Positions 53,534-64,000 of a DNA stretch of 64,000 bases are shown here, piece by piece. The notes under the pieces are model-generated. The model saw only the letters and a program-made list of their open reading frames with translations, was not told the DNA's origin and made no database searches. Each line of letters opens with the position of its first letter. Position 1 is the stretch's first letter. The position numbers were made by a program, and so were the translations under genes. Source of the DNA: Chrysomallon squamiferum (Eukaryota; Animalia; Mollusca); contig CM022679.1 of NCBI GenBank assembly GCA_012295275.1, positions 12,214,001 to 12,278,000 on the forward strand, given 5' to 3'.

Positions 53534-53657
53534 GAGAACTAAGGGAAGTAACTCACTTGATTAGACAGTACACAGTGATGATAATAAAGAGAATAAGGAG
53601 TAATCCCCCTGCACTGACTCCTGCAGCTATTACACCAGTGAGTGACTCCTCAGCCAT
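49798..53657 (-). CDS. Gene B: spliced CDS join(53657-53557,52973-52663,51664-51646,51361-49798). About 664-aa uncharacterised single-pass membrane protein with a Pro-rich disordered tail and a C-terminal PDZ-type motif
   Basis: GT-AG introns with phases 2,1,2. Lengths 101+311+19+1564 = 1995 nt = 664 codons + TAA. The frame is open upstream of the ATG to the acceptor, so further 5' coding exons cannot be excluded. Confidence 0.8.
51478..51549. repeat. 24-bp intronic minisatellite (3 copies)
   Basis: gtataaatgtttgtatgca(c/t)gtac x3. It gives the AYKHLYVH repeats in the ORF track. Confidence 0.95.
51646..51664 (-). CDS. Gene B 19-nt microexon
   Basis: atcgttttgcag|GGAAATGGAAAACGGCGAG|gtaaga. 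It reconciles the phase-1 donor at 52663 with the phase-2 acceptor at 51361, giving RKWKTAR. Confidence 0.75.
52663..52973 (-). CDS. Gene B coding exon 2 (311 nt, phase 2-1): polybasic plus Pro/Met/Tyr segment
   Basis: Acceptor atatttttcag|A and donor TTAC|gtatgt. Encodes QSRKAKREKKKLK...PHPYPYH...EPLPPYMFQPPMLPGYPRP...SKDYL, within ORF 52547..52993. Confidence 0.88.
53557..53657 (-). CDS. Gene B first recognisable coding exon: transmembrane helix (whole exon 53557-53662)
   Basis: Acceptor atattttacag|GTGTG ATG G. Encodes MAEESLTGVIAAGVSAGGLLLILFIIITVYCLI. Donor AA|gtgagt. Absent from the ORF track. Confidence 0.9.
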
Positions 53658-53661
53658 CACA

Positions 53662-53890
53662 CCTGTAAAATATAGCATTTATGTATCAGTGTAAACTATG
53701 GCATTAGTCTACCAATGTAAAATACAACAAATCTTTCAGTGTAAAATATAATCTTAATTATCAGTGTAAAATATATTATTAATCGATCAAAGTAAAATAT
53801 AATTTTAATATATCAGTGTAAAATATAATATTGATCTACCAATGTAAAATATAATAATATTATTAATCATTATTTTAAAAATATAATATG
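53662..53890. repeat. ~25-26-bp degenerate minisatellite (about 8 units) abutting gene B's TM exon
   Basis: The unit atcagtgtaaaatataatatt(a/g)at(c/a)t and its variants repeat from the splice acceptor outward. Confidence 0.85.
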
Positions 53891-54763
53891 AATTTAGTAA
53901 TTCATATACCCTCCCACACACACACACACACACACACACCTATATACACTCTCTATGGGAAAATAAGTCGATAAACTGAGAGATTTTAACCGGAGATAAG
54001 AAACACCACACATACAAACACACACACACACACACACACACACAGATACATACACATGTGCATACTGAGAGAGACCGGTGTGCGAGAGAGAAAGAGAAAG
54101 AGGTAGACAGACATATATAGATAGACAGATAGATAGAAAGACAGATGAGAAACAGACTATTGGACATCTTGTTTTTTTCTTATTATAAAGATTAACTGAC
54201 AGTTGCAGACTTTTGCTTTTAAAGTGTGTGTTAAAATGCTGCTGTTGATTGCAAAATATCATTGTTTTTAACATCTTAGAGAGAACTGTATGCCCGACAA
54301 GATTCGATTACTGTTCATTAAATATATAAACATAACGTAAATGAAGAATAAATCAATATGAGTTTATGAAGTGCTGTATATGCATTTAGATCAAACTGCA
54401 GTAAAAATTCTGCCAATAAACAAACAAACACACAACCAAACAAGCGAACAAACAAATAAATAAATAAATAAATAAATAAATAAAAAATAAATAAATAATA
54501 TTCATAACAATAAGCCAACCCATCGAAAACAAAACAGTATATATTATTCTGTTTATCACAATGCAATAGAAATTAAACAAACAGTATGTAAATATATACA
54601 TTCTGTTGTTCGTGTCAGCACAATGTTTGAGATAAACAGTACACGTGTATTATGTAAATTAACACTGTCACCTGTTTATGACATGAAATTTAAACAGAAG
54701 AAAAATAAATAAATATATAATATATGGTGTACACGTTAAAATATTACAATTCGTATATGGCTC

Positions 54764-54855
<92 letters not shown>

Positions 54856-54856
<1 letters not shown>

Positions 54857-54899
54857 AAAGTTAGTCATTAATATATACATATATTAATGACTAACTTTA
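54856..54899. other. Perfect palindrome with 21-bp arms and a 2-nt spacer
   Basis: TAAAGTTAGTCATTAATATAT-AC-ATATATTAATGACTAACTTTA. Confidence 0.95.
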
Positions 54900-56135
54900 T
54901 GATAGCAAGAGTTAAAAAACACAACAAAACAGAAAATGATATAACATTTTACGTTCCAAAATAGCACCGTTATATATAGAAGACATGTACAAATTCCAAA
55001 GTAAATGTTTATTTTATGGTAGGGCTATAACCTCAGTACTTCATGATAACTGGGTTATGATCTTGATGGCGGACCTTACAGAGAACTGAGTAACTACGCA
55101 TATAACCATTATACAATCTCATTTCTCTAGCTGTATTCTAACATACTAAAACTGCCTTGGGTTCATGAATTTTTAGACAAATACGCTTGAAAGTGACAGT
55201 GATCATTTATGTACCAAAGATTTGCTTTGAAAAATTAGTATATGCGATAAATTCTATTGATAATTTCCAAAGACTGTAAAGTAAGTTTTTAACTGGATGA
55301 AGGCAACCAAGGAGAACAAGAACACGATTTTTGTCTTCCTTTTTTTTTTTTTTTTTTATCTATAATCCCGCCGACACAGGTGAATTAGCTCGAGTTATTT
55401 TCGACTGTTCAAAAGCTTCATATGACGACATGACATTTTATTATTCAACTGTAGGCGTCGGGTGGCAATTTATAAAATATTTAGTCACGATATGGGGGAA
55501 TCTTATTATCAACCAAGAGAAATGAGGATACCGTATATGAGCATTTCCAAATACGGAGTGAAACATAAACCATTCTCGAGCAGAAAAGTAATAATGTCTA
55601 AAAGATTGGCCAGAGATACTGTAACAGTAACATAACACAGGCTGACAAAATCTTGTTGGTCGTTCTTGCTGACTTAGTTTATAATTTGTATCCTAGTCAC
55701 GATTTTCTTTTCTCTTTTCTCTTTTCTTTTTATTTTCTATGTTTACTTTCTTTCTTTCTTTTTCTCTTTTTGTTAGTTGCAGAGAAGAAGTAATTCGTCC
55801 GTCTTGTTTGAAAACCTGTTCATATTCCTAAAGTAGTGACTTTATCAGTCTGGGTGTGGTAATGTTATTTTTATGTAAGTTATTTTGGTGCTAGAGGTAT
55901 TGTATGGTTCTGGTGTTTGTGTTCGTGGTATCAACATAGCAGTTATCAGGATAGAAATGTGGTAGTAATGGTGTAAAGAATGAGCTGCAATAGCTACAAC
56001 ACAATAACGACAACGACGAGAACAGTAACAACAGCAACGCCGAAAACAACAACACCATTAACGACAACAACAGCAATAATAGTAGTAGTACTAGTAGTAG
56101 TAGTAATAGTAGTAGTAGTAGTAGTAGTAGTAGTA

Positions 56136-56196
<61 letters not shown>

Positions 56197-59100
56197 TGGA
56201 TTTCCTGATAAAATATTAAGATTAACAAAGAGACACATAGACTTATCTATGAAGTAGATATATCATTTTGTTTTACAATTACTATTCAGGCTCATATCCT
56301 TTGGCATTGTGTCCGTGGTTACACTTTCATAATCAATCATTTTTGTTTTATCTCGTGCCCAACTATCCAATAAAACAGTTTACCACAGAAATACAACTGT
56401 ATAATTCACAAAAGGTACACAACATCATATCGCCTATTTTTCTTTGACATCGTAAATCACGGCCTGACATATGTAAGTGTCAATAAAAAATTCTCAGTTG
56501 TCTGTTTCCTTAGTTTCTTGTAATTAAAAGATAATAAAATTCTGAATATGTTCTTGTGACTCGACGTGTATTGACTGCAAATTAGATTTGACAGTAGACC
56601 ACTGAGGCCGGTAAAAAGGTGTATATGGTGGGTGGAGTGAGTGTCCGTTTGAAATATTCACACTGAAAAGATGTGAAAAAGAACTGATGTAGTCTCCCTT
56701 ATGAACATTTTGCTTCCAGTATATTTTACCTTCTGAAGTATTTACAAGTTTGTTTTAAAAATATATTTTGCTTCTAGTTATAAATTGAACTTTTATTTTG
56801 ACTGAATGAAACAAAAGGCCAGATTTCAATGTCTGCTTGTATATGTTCATGTATATATATGTTCATGTATGTGTATGCATGTGTTTGTATGTGTGTGTGT
56901 GTTTTTGAGTATCTGGTTATACACACATATAGATATGAGTGTATATTAATATGTATGTGTGTATGTATATGTGTATGTTTATGTATATATGTATGTGGAG
57001 TTTTTTCGCTACAATTACAACCAGTAACCATATTTGTAGAGTTTAAGATTCTTTTGAATCTCTTTCTTTCGATCCCTCTTTCTTTTTCTAAATCTCTACA
57101 TGTTGTTTATTTATTACTGGACTACAATATCATGACAGTATCGCTTTTGCATATGCGATTTTCAGGAGAAAAGCTGCCTATGCTGTTTAATTTGTTTTCC
57201 TTTTTGCTTTGTATGTAAAGAAAACTCATAAAACACACAGGCATGCTGAGATTAATTGCTGCATTCAATGATACAATATTTAACGTAAGAAGCTAGATCT
57301 AGGAAGTAACTCAAACAGACTTTTTCATCGTAATATAAAAGTCAGATCACGTGTTTAACATCTCTCTATGCTAAACTGGAAGGCATCACTAAAGCAAAAA
57401 TTCGTTATTATATCACATGTTAAATTATCTGTATCCATCTTTAAAACTGCACATTAAAATTGTATGATATCGTCACATGACCATCGAGGAACATACGATG
57501 TTGTGTGAATAATACCACAACCCCCAAGGTGACTTTTTATCTGTGGAGAACGTGTTGGACTCATCGTTCGGGCTTACAGGCGATGTATTGTTTTGTTACA
57601 TGCAGGTATTGTGCAAACTAACACCCATGTCTTCACGCTCTGAATGCGACAGCTCTTTGCCGTGTGGACCAAGAAGCTCCGGGCTAAGACAGAGACGTCA
57701 ACTTCTGACAAAGACGAAAATATGTCACAGTTCACAGGCTTAGTATCTAAATGATAGGTCGGTGGAATCCTATTGTGCGACTAGACCCAGTGGATGTTTT
57801 GGGGGGAAAAAATATAGATTTGTATAACATAGAATATACGAAAAACGTATGCATCTACTTTTTCAGCTATTTGTCTAAGTCTCAAAGTACCTACATTTGA
57901 TTTATAAATACACATACATATAAAATATAAATGTATCTTTATACACGCAAAAAAATACAAAAGTATATATACAGTAACTGAAAGTTGATGAAAACACTTT
58001 CTACAATGTTATGTTTGTATTTATCTTTTTCATCACTGATTTCATATGCGCTAGATGGAATTTTAAGGTAAGGTATTTTATCTTGTTCTTTTTATAGAAT
58101 TATCAGCTCTTCATCTCAAAAGACAAAGAAATGAATGCACTGGAGGCTAAAGAAAAAACAAAAATCATCCAACAAACAAACAAACAAAAACAGTTTTAAA
58201 AAAAAGCAATAGTACAAATCTTATTTTTTACTTAAAACTGAAAGGAAAGACTGAACAATCTTGCCTTTATAATATTCTTTATTCAAAATGAGATTTTAAA
58301 TTCTATAAACCTCAATATGTACCTTTTCTTATAAATTAAACAAGGAAGTTTTTCTCTCTTCTTTTTTCATTTCACCTTTAAACTGCTATCCATTTATCAA
58401 AACTTAATACACCATCTGAAATAGTTTCTTTTGTTGTTGGGGTAACCCTAATTTTACACCATGTAATAAGACAAGCTGAAATCAGAGAGAAGCCCACGTT
58501 ACCCTCGTTATACAAAGACATACGGTGTCATATAAACATTACCATAGAAATCTGCTTGAGACCTGCCAGCCCCAGATAATGCCAAATCAGCGTGACAAAA
58601 AATAAAAAATAAAAAATAAAAAAAACGAAAAAATGAAGGTCCGCTGTTTGAAAGGGGTTTTATTCTGTCATAATAACGTTGTGAAATATAAACCAGTTTT
58701 CTGACCGTTTTCTGGAAGCATGAGCACGTTCGAAATCAAACTTTTCATAGCTTGAGGTTAGCTTATATATTTATATATATGTCATATAACTTACAAACAC
58801 AATATATATAAATTAAGGTTCTTTAAGCTGTTATCAAAAATGGGTTGTTTATTTCTTAGGTGAAAATAAAACCATCGACAAATATCGAAATACACACCCC
58901 ATAACTTTTGAAAAGCCTGACAACCAGTGAGCTACAAACGAATATGTGATGACAACTCCCTGGTTTTCAATTAAAGAAGAAAGAACAGAAGGCTCAGACG
59001 AATGTTATGCAAGGTATTCATCAACGTTTGACAACCTTCACAAAAAACTGCAACCATGTTGAACTCCGCGAACCCTGCATGAATAGACACTGTGCTTGCA

Positions 59101-61852
59101 GTCACAGATCTAAAAAGATGGGTGTATGCAAATAGCGAATACAATTACAGCCTTTATACATAATGTAGATAACAGACGTTGCGTAATTTTATTACAGTAA
59201 TTTTTTGTAAACCCCACGGGAAACAAATATCAAAACGTCATTATATTGCGTGCAGCATGACGATGCCTATTAATAACTGTGTTTTTATATTTTATTATGT
59301 AAATGTAAGACATGTTATATGAAAGTCCGCTCTGAAATAGAAAGCTGGTAATAACAGAATATGTATACTATGAAACGGGTTATGAATGTCTGATATACTT
59401 TGTATTTAAACGTACTGATCATAAATAATTCTTGTTAGAAAAAAATCTTCTTAGAAATATAGTCAATCCTAATATAATTTCAAAAAACCTGCCATAATTA
59501 TGGTGAACCGATCGTAATTTAATTTCAAAATAACAGTCAATAATATTTTGGTATACCAATATTAAAGAAATTATGCTTGTTTTATTCTCCATCACAAAAT
59601 GTAAAGAGCATATAATGTAAATTTATAAGTTTAATTATATAATTATAGTAATTTTCTGAACTGTAATAGTAATGAAAACAAAATTATCGTCATTGTCATT
59701 ATCTGCTTTAAAGGTACTAGCATATTTCCATATTCATGCAAAGTTGGAACAAATTTTATATTTATTTCTGTCAGCAAAGTTAGTATTTATGACTGTTTCG
59801 AACGTATCACTCGCCTATCAGATCCCAACATCCCCCTCCTCGTCAACTTCCCGAAATAAATATAATACATTAGCTGATGCTTTGTCCTTTGAAGGTTTTA
59901 TCGCAATACCAATCTATCACATGATGGTAAAGAAAAATCGTGACTGATAATAGTAAATAATATTGCTGTATATTTTCCTAGGTCAGACTCATTTTTGGGC
60001 TGGTGTGTCTAATGAATAATCCAGCTTTTTTTTATAAATAAAGGTAGACTCTATGACGGTATCCAATTTCAGACCATAGTGTTGAATAATATAATGTTAA
60101 ATATCACTTCTCCATTTGTACGCATTTTTTTTTTCTGTTTTTTTTCCACAGCTGACATTTATAGGAATATTTATGTGCTTAAATAAAATGTTAAGCCTTG
60201 AGAATATTTATTCGTTGTTATAAACAAGTGTAAATATTTCAATAAATCATCAAACAAAAAACATCTTACTGAATATGTGTGCATTTCTATGTATATATAT
60301 ACGTAGGCAATATATATTTTTGTGCATGTGTGCATGTAATTATAAAATATATTAATAGCGTTTCCTTTGTCAGTATAAGCATGCAGAACAAAACTTAATA
60401 TGAAACAAATCAGAAGATCATCAAAAGAGTTTTTTTACATATACAGAAGAAACCATTGTTTAGAAGTTTACTTATAACATAATACAGTTATATTATTCCA
60501 CGCAGTTTCGCACACAAATGACAATCAACAATGATGTTAGCTGCCCGAGGTGTCGTGTTATCAGTTACGTACTGTCACTGTGACATCTCCGACATAAACC
60601 AAACCTGTTAGGTAAGCCAGTCAGTCTTCCGAGGTGTTACTTGTGTCCACAATATATGTTTATAACACTGGTGCATGATATTACCCAAACTAAGAAACCA
60701 CGGAAAAGATGTTATATAATTAAGGTCCTCGATAAGATTCATGCAATAAAAACAACAACAACAACAACAATAATAATAATAACATCAGCAATAGCAACAA
60801 CAATAATAATAATAAGGAGAAAGTCCTGCTGTTGCGTTGGTCTATTCTTACAATTAGCGGAAAGTAACAATTTGCATATATACCTTCCCATATGCAGTAC
60901 AGAAACAAGAGTTTTGATAAACCATCGTCGGACGCTGACTGTAATGTTAAAGGAAATAACCTTGTAAGAGTTCCACGCAAGGTTTACTGACACTACAACT
61001 CATTATGTGTTTCATGCCAATTGATGTTTTGCTACACGGATTTAACAATAAATAAAAAATACAAATATCTAAAGCATAATAAAAACTGATGACTCCTATT
61101 CAGAACTTAGCCCTGCTTACGTCAAAAGACAAAGTTTAAAGTTACACCTTAAGTTATTCACCAGCATAATGGCATGTTAGTTTTCTACCATTGAAATCAC
61201 ATCCTAACAGAAATCTGACCGTGGGAACACGTATTAAGCACAAAAGCATGTTACAACAAATTCAATTTACATTACCCGAAACTCGATATTCAATACGAAT
61301 GTTTGTCTGCACCGGTTCGCAGTCAATTACCGGACTGATCAATAGATCAATGCTTGACGCATTAAGCCAGATCCACAGAACTCTAAGATAAACGTGTTCG
61401 ATCAGGGAAAGTTTGATTCCATGATACGATTTATCGAAAAAAAAAAAGGTTCTGTTCTAAGTTTGTACATAAATCTTTGGACATATATTTTGGTTTGACA
61501 GTTGTAATGTGTATAGAAATATTGGTTTTATTTCATAGAATACAAGTAATAATGATTTAAAATAGTGATTATATTAAGAAAGGCCATTTTCCCTCCTATT
61601 TTTATTACTTAGAACATGATAACGACTACCAAACATGATCACAAAAACAATACAAACTTCAAAATCAACAATAAAAACATTACCAGTACTGATGCTGTTA
61701 TGATGAATTTCAGTTATTATTAAAAAAAAAGTTTTTTTTTTTGTTTTGTTTTTGACATTTTATTATTGACATTATTATTATTATTATTATTATTTTATTA
61801 ATTATTATTTTGTAACTGTCTTTTTTGAAAAAATGTTAACTGTAACATATCA

Positions 61853-61925
61853 GCCTCTGTAGGTCAATGTCCAGAGCACTGGACTTGTATACCAAGGATC
61901 GTGAGTTCAATTCTCACTGCAGGCT
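61853..61925 (+). pseudogene. Decayed tRNA-Thr(TGT) copy
   Basis: gcctctgtaggtcaatgtccagagcactggacttgtataccaaggatcgtgagttcaattctcactgcaggct is colinear with the two near-intact copies, but has many substitutions in the D arm/A box, anticodon stem and acceptor stem. Confidence 0.85.
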
Positions 61926-63165
61926 TGAATATACCTTATTTGGTCTTCGATTAAATAAATGCGTTCAAAAGTTTTATATGAAATAAACACTGAGAAAAAT
62001 CTGGGTTCATTCATCAGGGTCACAACGTTTGCTTACAATTCATTCATTTTAATGTTAATGGTTATTTGTTGTCTATAATGTTTCTATTTCTGTACACAGA
62101 AAACTCACAGTATCTGTAAAATAATCGATTAGCAGAAAATAATTTTTTATTTACATTTTTCCATAGAGGAGAGCACATAATTATGACACCTTTGAATATA
62201 TATTAGCTACCTATTTACATTCATGTGACAGGTTGAACCCAAGGATACGAATGTAGCCATACATTTTAACTGAGATTTTCATTTAAAATGAAGTCCTTTT
62301 ATAATAAAGCATTCAAATTCGCGCTGTTGCACGTAAATGGTTCATTGGTAAAACGCAAATTCATATGTGGTATAAATAGAGACCGAAAAGCACACATAAA
62401 ATGTATTTGCGTTTATTCTCGAGGTTAGTAGTATTTTACATGCAGTTTGAATGTAAATGCTAATAAGTCCGAGAGAAGGTGTGAATTGTGTTGTTAAAGA
62501 AGTATATTCGGAATCATGTGTCACGATGTAGACATTAAACTCGACATACTGTCGGGTATTCATTATAGTTAAGAATTTCTACAGTATGACTTAAAGATAA
62601 TTTCTTAACAGCTTATTATTATACCAATCACCGTTATTATCATCAACACATCACCATCACCACCTTACACCATCATCATCACCTTTTACCACCATCAGCG
62701 TCATCGTTATTGTCGTTACCATAGTAATATTCTTCTTGAGCATTGTACAATTCCCTTTTATTCCCTTTCTTCTTCTTTTTTTTCTGATGTTACTGTTTTG
62801 GCTTTGGTGATGACAGTTTTAGGATTAAATTAAATACAACTGAACACGAGATGTCATGCAGTAATAAACATACTCTGTACTGGAGAAATCATGTTAACAC
62901 GCTTCATCCACATTTTGAAAAGAATTTGAATGTCATAACTGAAAACAGAGTTCTGTTTTATATGATACACAATTAAACCATCATTTTGCTGTTACGATGT
63001 TCCAACCATCAATTTGTTTATTTTGCTTTTATGTTAAACCATTCGAATGCACTAAGCTCGTAAATCAATCCCGTAACTTAGTTACCATTATACTTTTTAA
63101 TTAAAGAGAAACGAAAACTAAATTACATCTTAATGATATAATTTTCAGAATCTAGCAGTGATCAA

Positions 63166-63319
63166 TGTGTGTGTGTGTGTGTATGTATGTTTGTTTGTAT
63201 GTGTGTGTATTATTTATGTATGTATGTATGTATCTATGTATGTATGTATGTGTTTGTATGTATGTGTGTTGTGTATGTGTGTGTGTATGTATGTATGTGT
63301 GTGTGTATGTATGTATGTA

Positions 63320-63354
<35 letters not shown>

Positions 63355-63399
63355 ATGTGTATGTATGTATGTATGTATGTATATATGTATGTATGTATG

Positions 63400-63431
<32 letters not shown>

Positions 63432-63472
63432 TGTATGTATGTATGTATGTATGTATGTATATGTATGTGTGT
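63166..63472. repeat. (TGTA)n/(TG)n compound microsatellite
   Basis: Seen directly. Explains the three CMYV-repeat ORFs. Confidence 0.97.
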
Positions 63473-64000
63473 CTTAATTTTTTAATAGATATATTCAGAT
63501 GCCATTTTCATCCCTATAAAAAGTAGATTAGCACTTGTGCACATCTTCTAAATCCGTAATTTAAAACAAATGTTTAAATTGATGTTTAACAAATGACAAA
63601 CATATAATTTAAGGTACGGGCTAAGATAACAAATCATTCTAAAAAGTTAACCTTTTTCTTTAACAGGGAATAAGAAACTGTACCGATGCGTTAGTCCTGA
63701 GGCTTTGACTAGACCGGGGAATCAGGAGATTATGTTATGATATATAAAGGAAGATTAAACTTAATGATAATAAACAAGGTCTAATTATATAGTCCTGATT
63801 GTAAAATTTCACCTGCCATAATTATAATTAAACAGGTAATAAAAGTATTCTCTGTACTTATATTCTTAATTAACCACAGAGGAAACTGTCCACATAGAAA
63901 CACAGGCTAAAACAACAAGCTGCTGCTGTTAGTTTTCAGGATCATTACTGTCGATTCAGCAACTGTGTGTTATTGATTGTTAAACTTATAATCTGTTTGT

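Noticed and set aside
31236-53890. Short periodic repeats (31.2, 41.4, 48.0, 51.5 and 53.7 kb) as CRISPR-like arrays
   Set aside because: They are head-to-tail tandem units without unique spacers, there are no cas genes, and the context is eukaryotic.
57540-61120. Several candidate upstream exons or donors for gene B (gtaagc near 57575 and 61120, gtaacg near 58502)
   Set aside because: None can be chosen from sequence alone, and no ectodomain-like ORF is visible upstream of the TM exon in this window.

Overview
AT-rich, microsatellite-dense eukaryotic DNA with spliceosomal GT-AG introns. The repeat types and composition suggest a mollusc, probably a cephalopod (inference only). There is no prokaryotic operon or CRISPR content. 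Reading splice sites and phases by hand gives three protein-coding loci. (1) Three exons of a + strand gene at the left edge (280-1635), weakly resembling the region just before a RhoGAP domain. (2) Gene A, - strand, 6 coding exons, 14392->6328, about 517 aa. (3) Gene B, - strand, 4 coding exons including a 19-nt microexon, 53657->49798, about 664 aa. The ORF track misses the first coding exon of both A and B. A and B look like old tandem paralogues. Each starts with exactly 101 coding nt that encode a signal-peptide-less N-terminal transmembrane helix with GxxxG and a juxtamembrane Cys. A phase-2 intron follows, then a polybasic REKK + Pro/Tyr exon, then a long disordered tail full of short linear motifs (pTyr, PY, NPxF, RVxF, polyPro, PDZ). 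This candidate family of transmembrane adaptor proteins is the most interesting item. Also present: two inverted tRNA-Thr(TGT) copies plus a decayed third, a Tigger4/Zombi-like MITE, a LINE 3' remnant, SINE core relics, a near-perfect ~40-bp hairpin, a candidate promoter/first exon near 41.1-41.5 kb, and many simple repeats. All gene models and family assignments were made by eye and need RNA-seq and homology checks.
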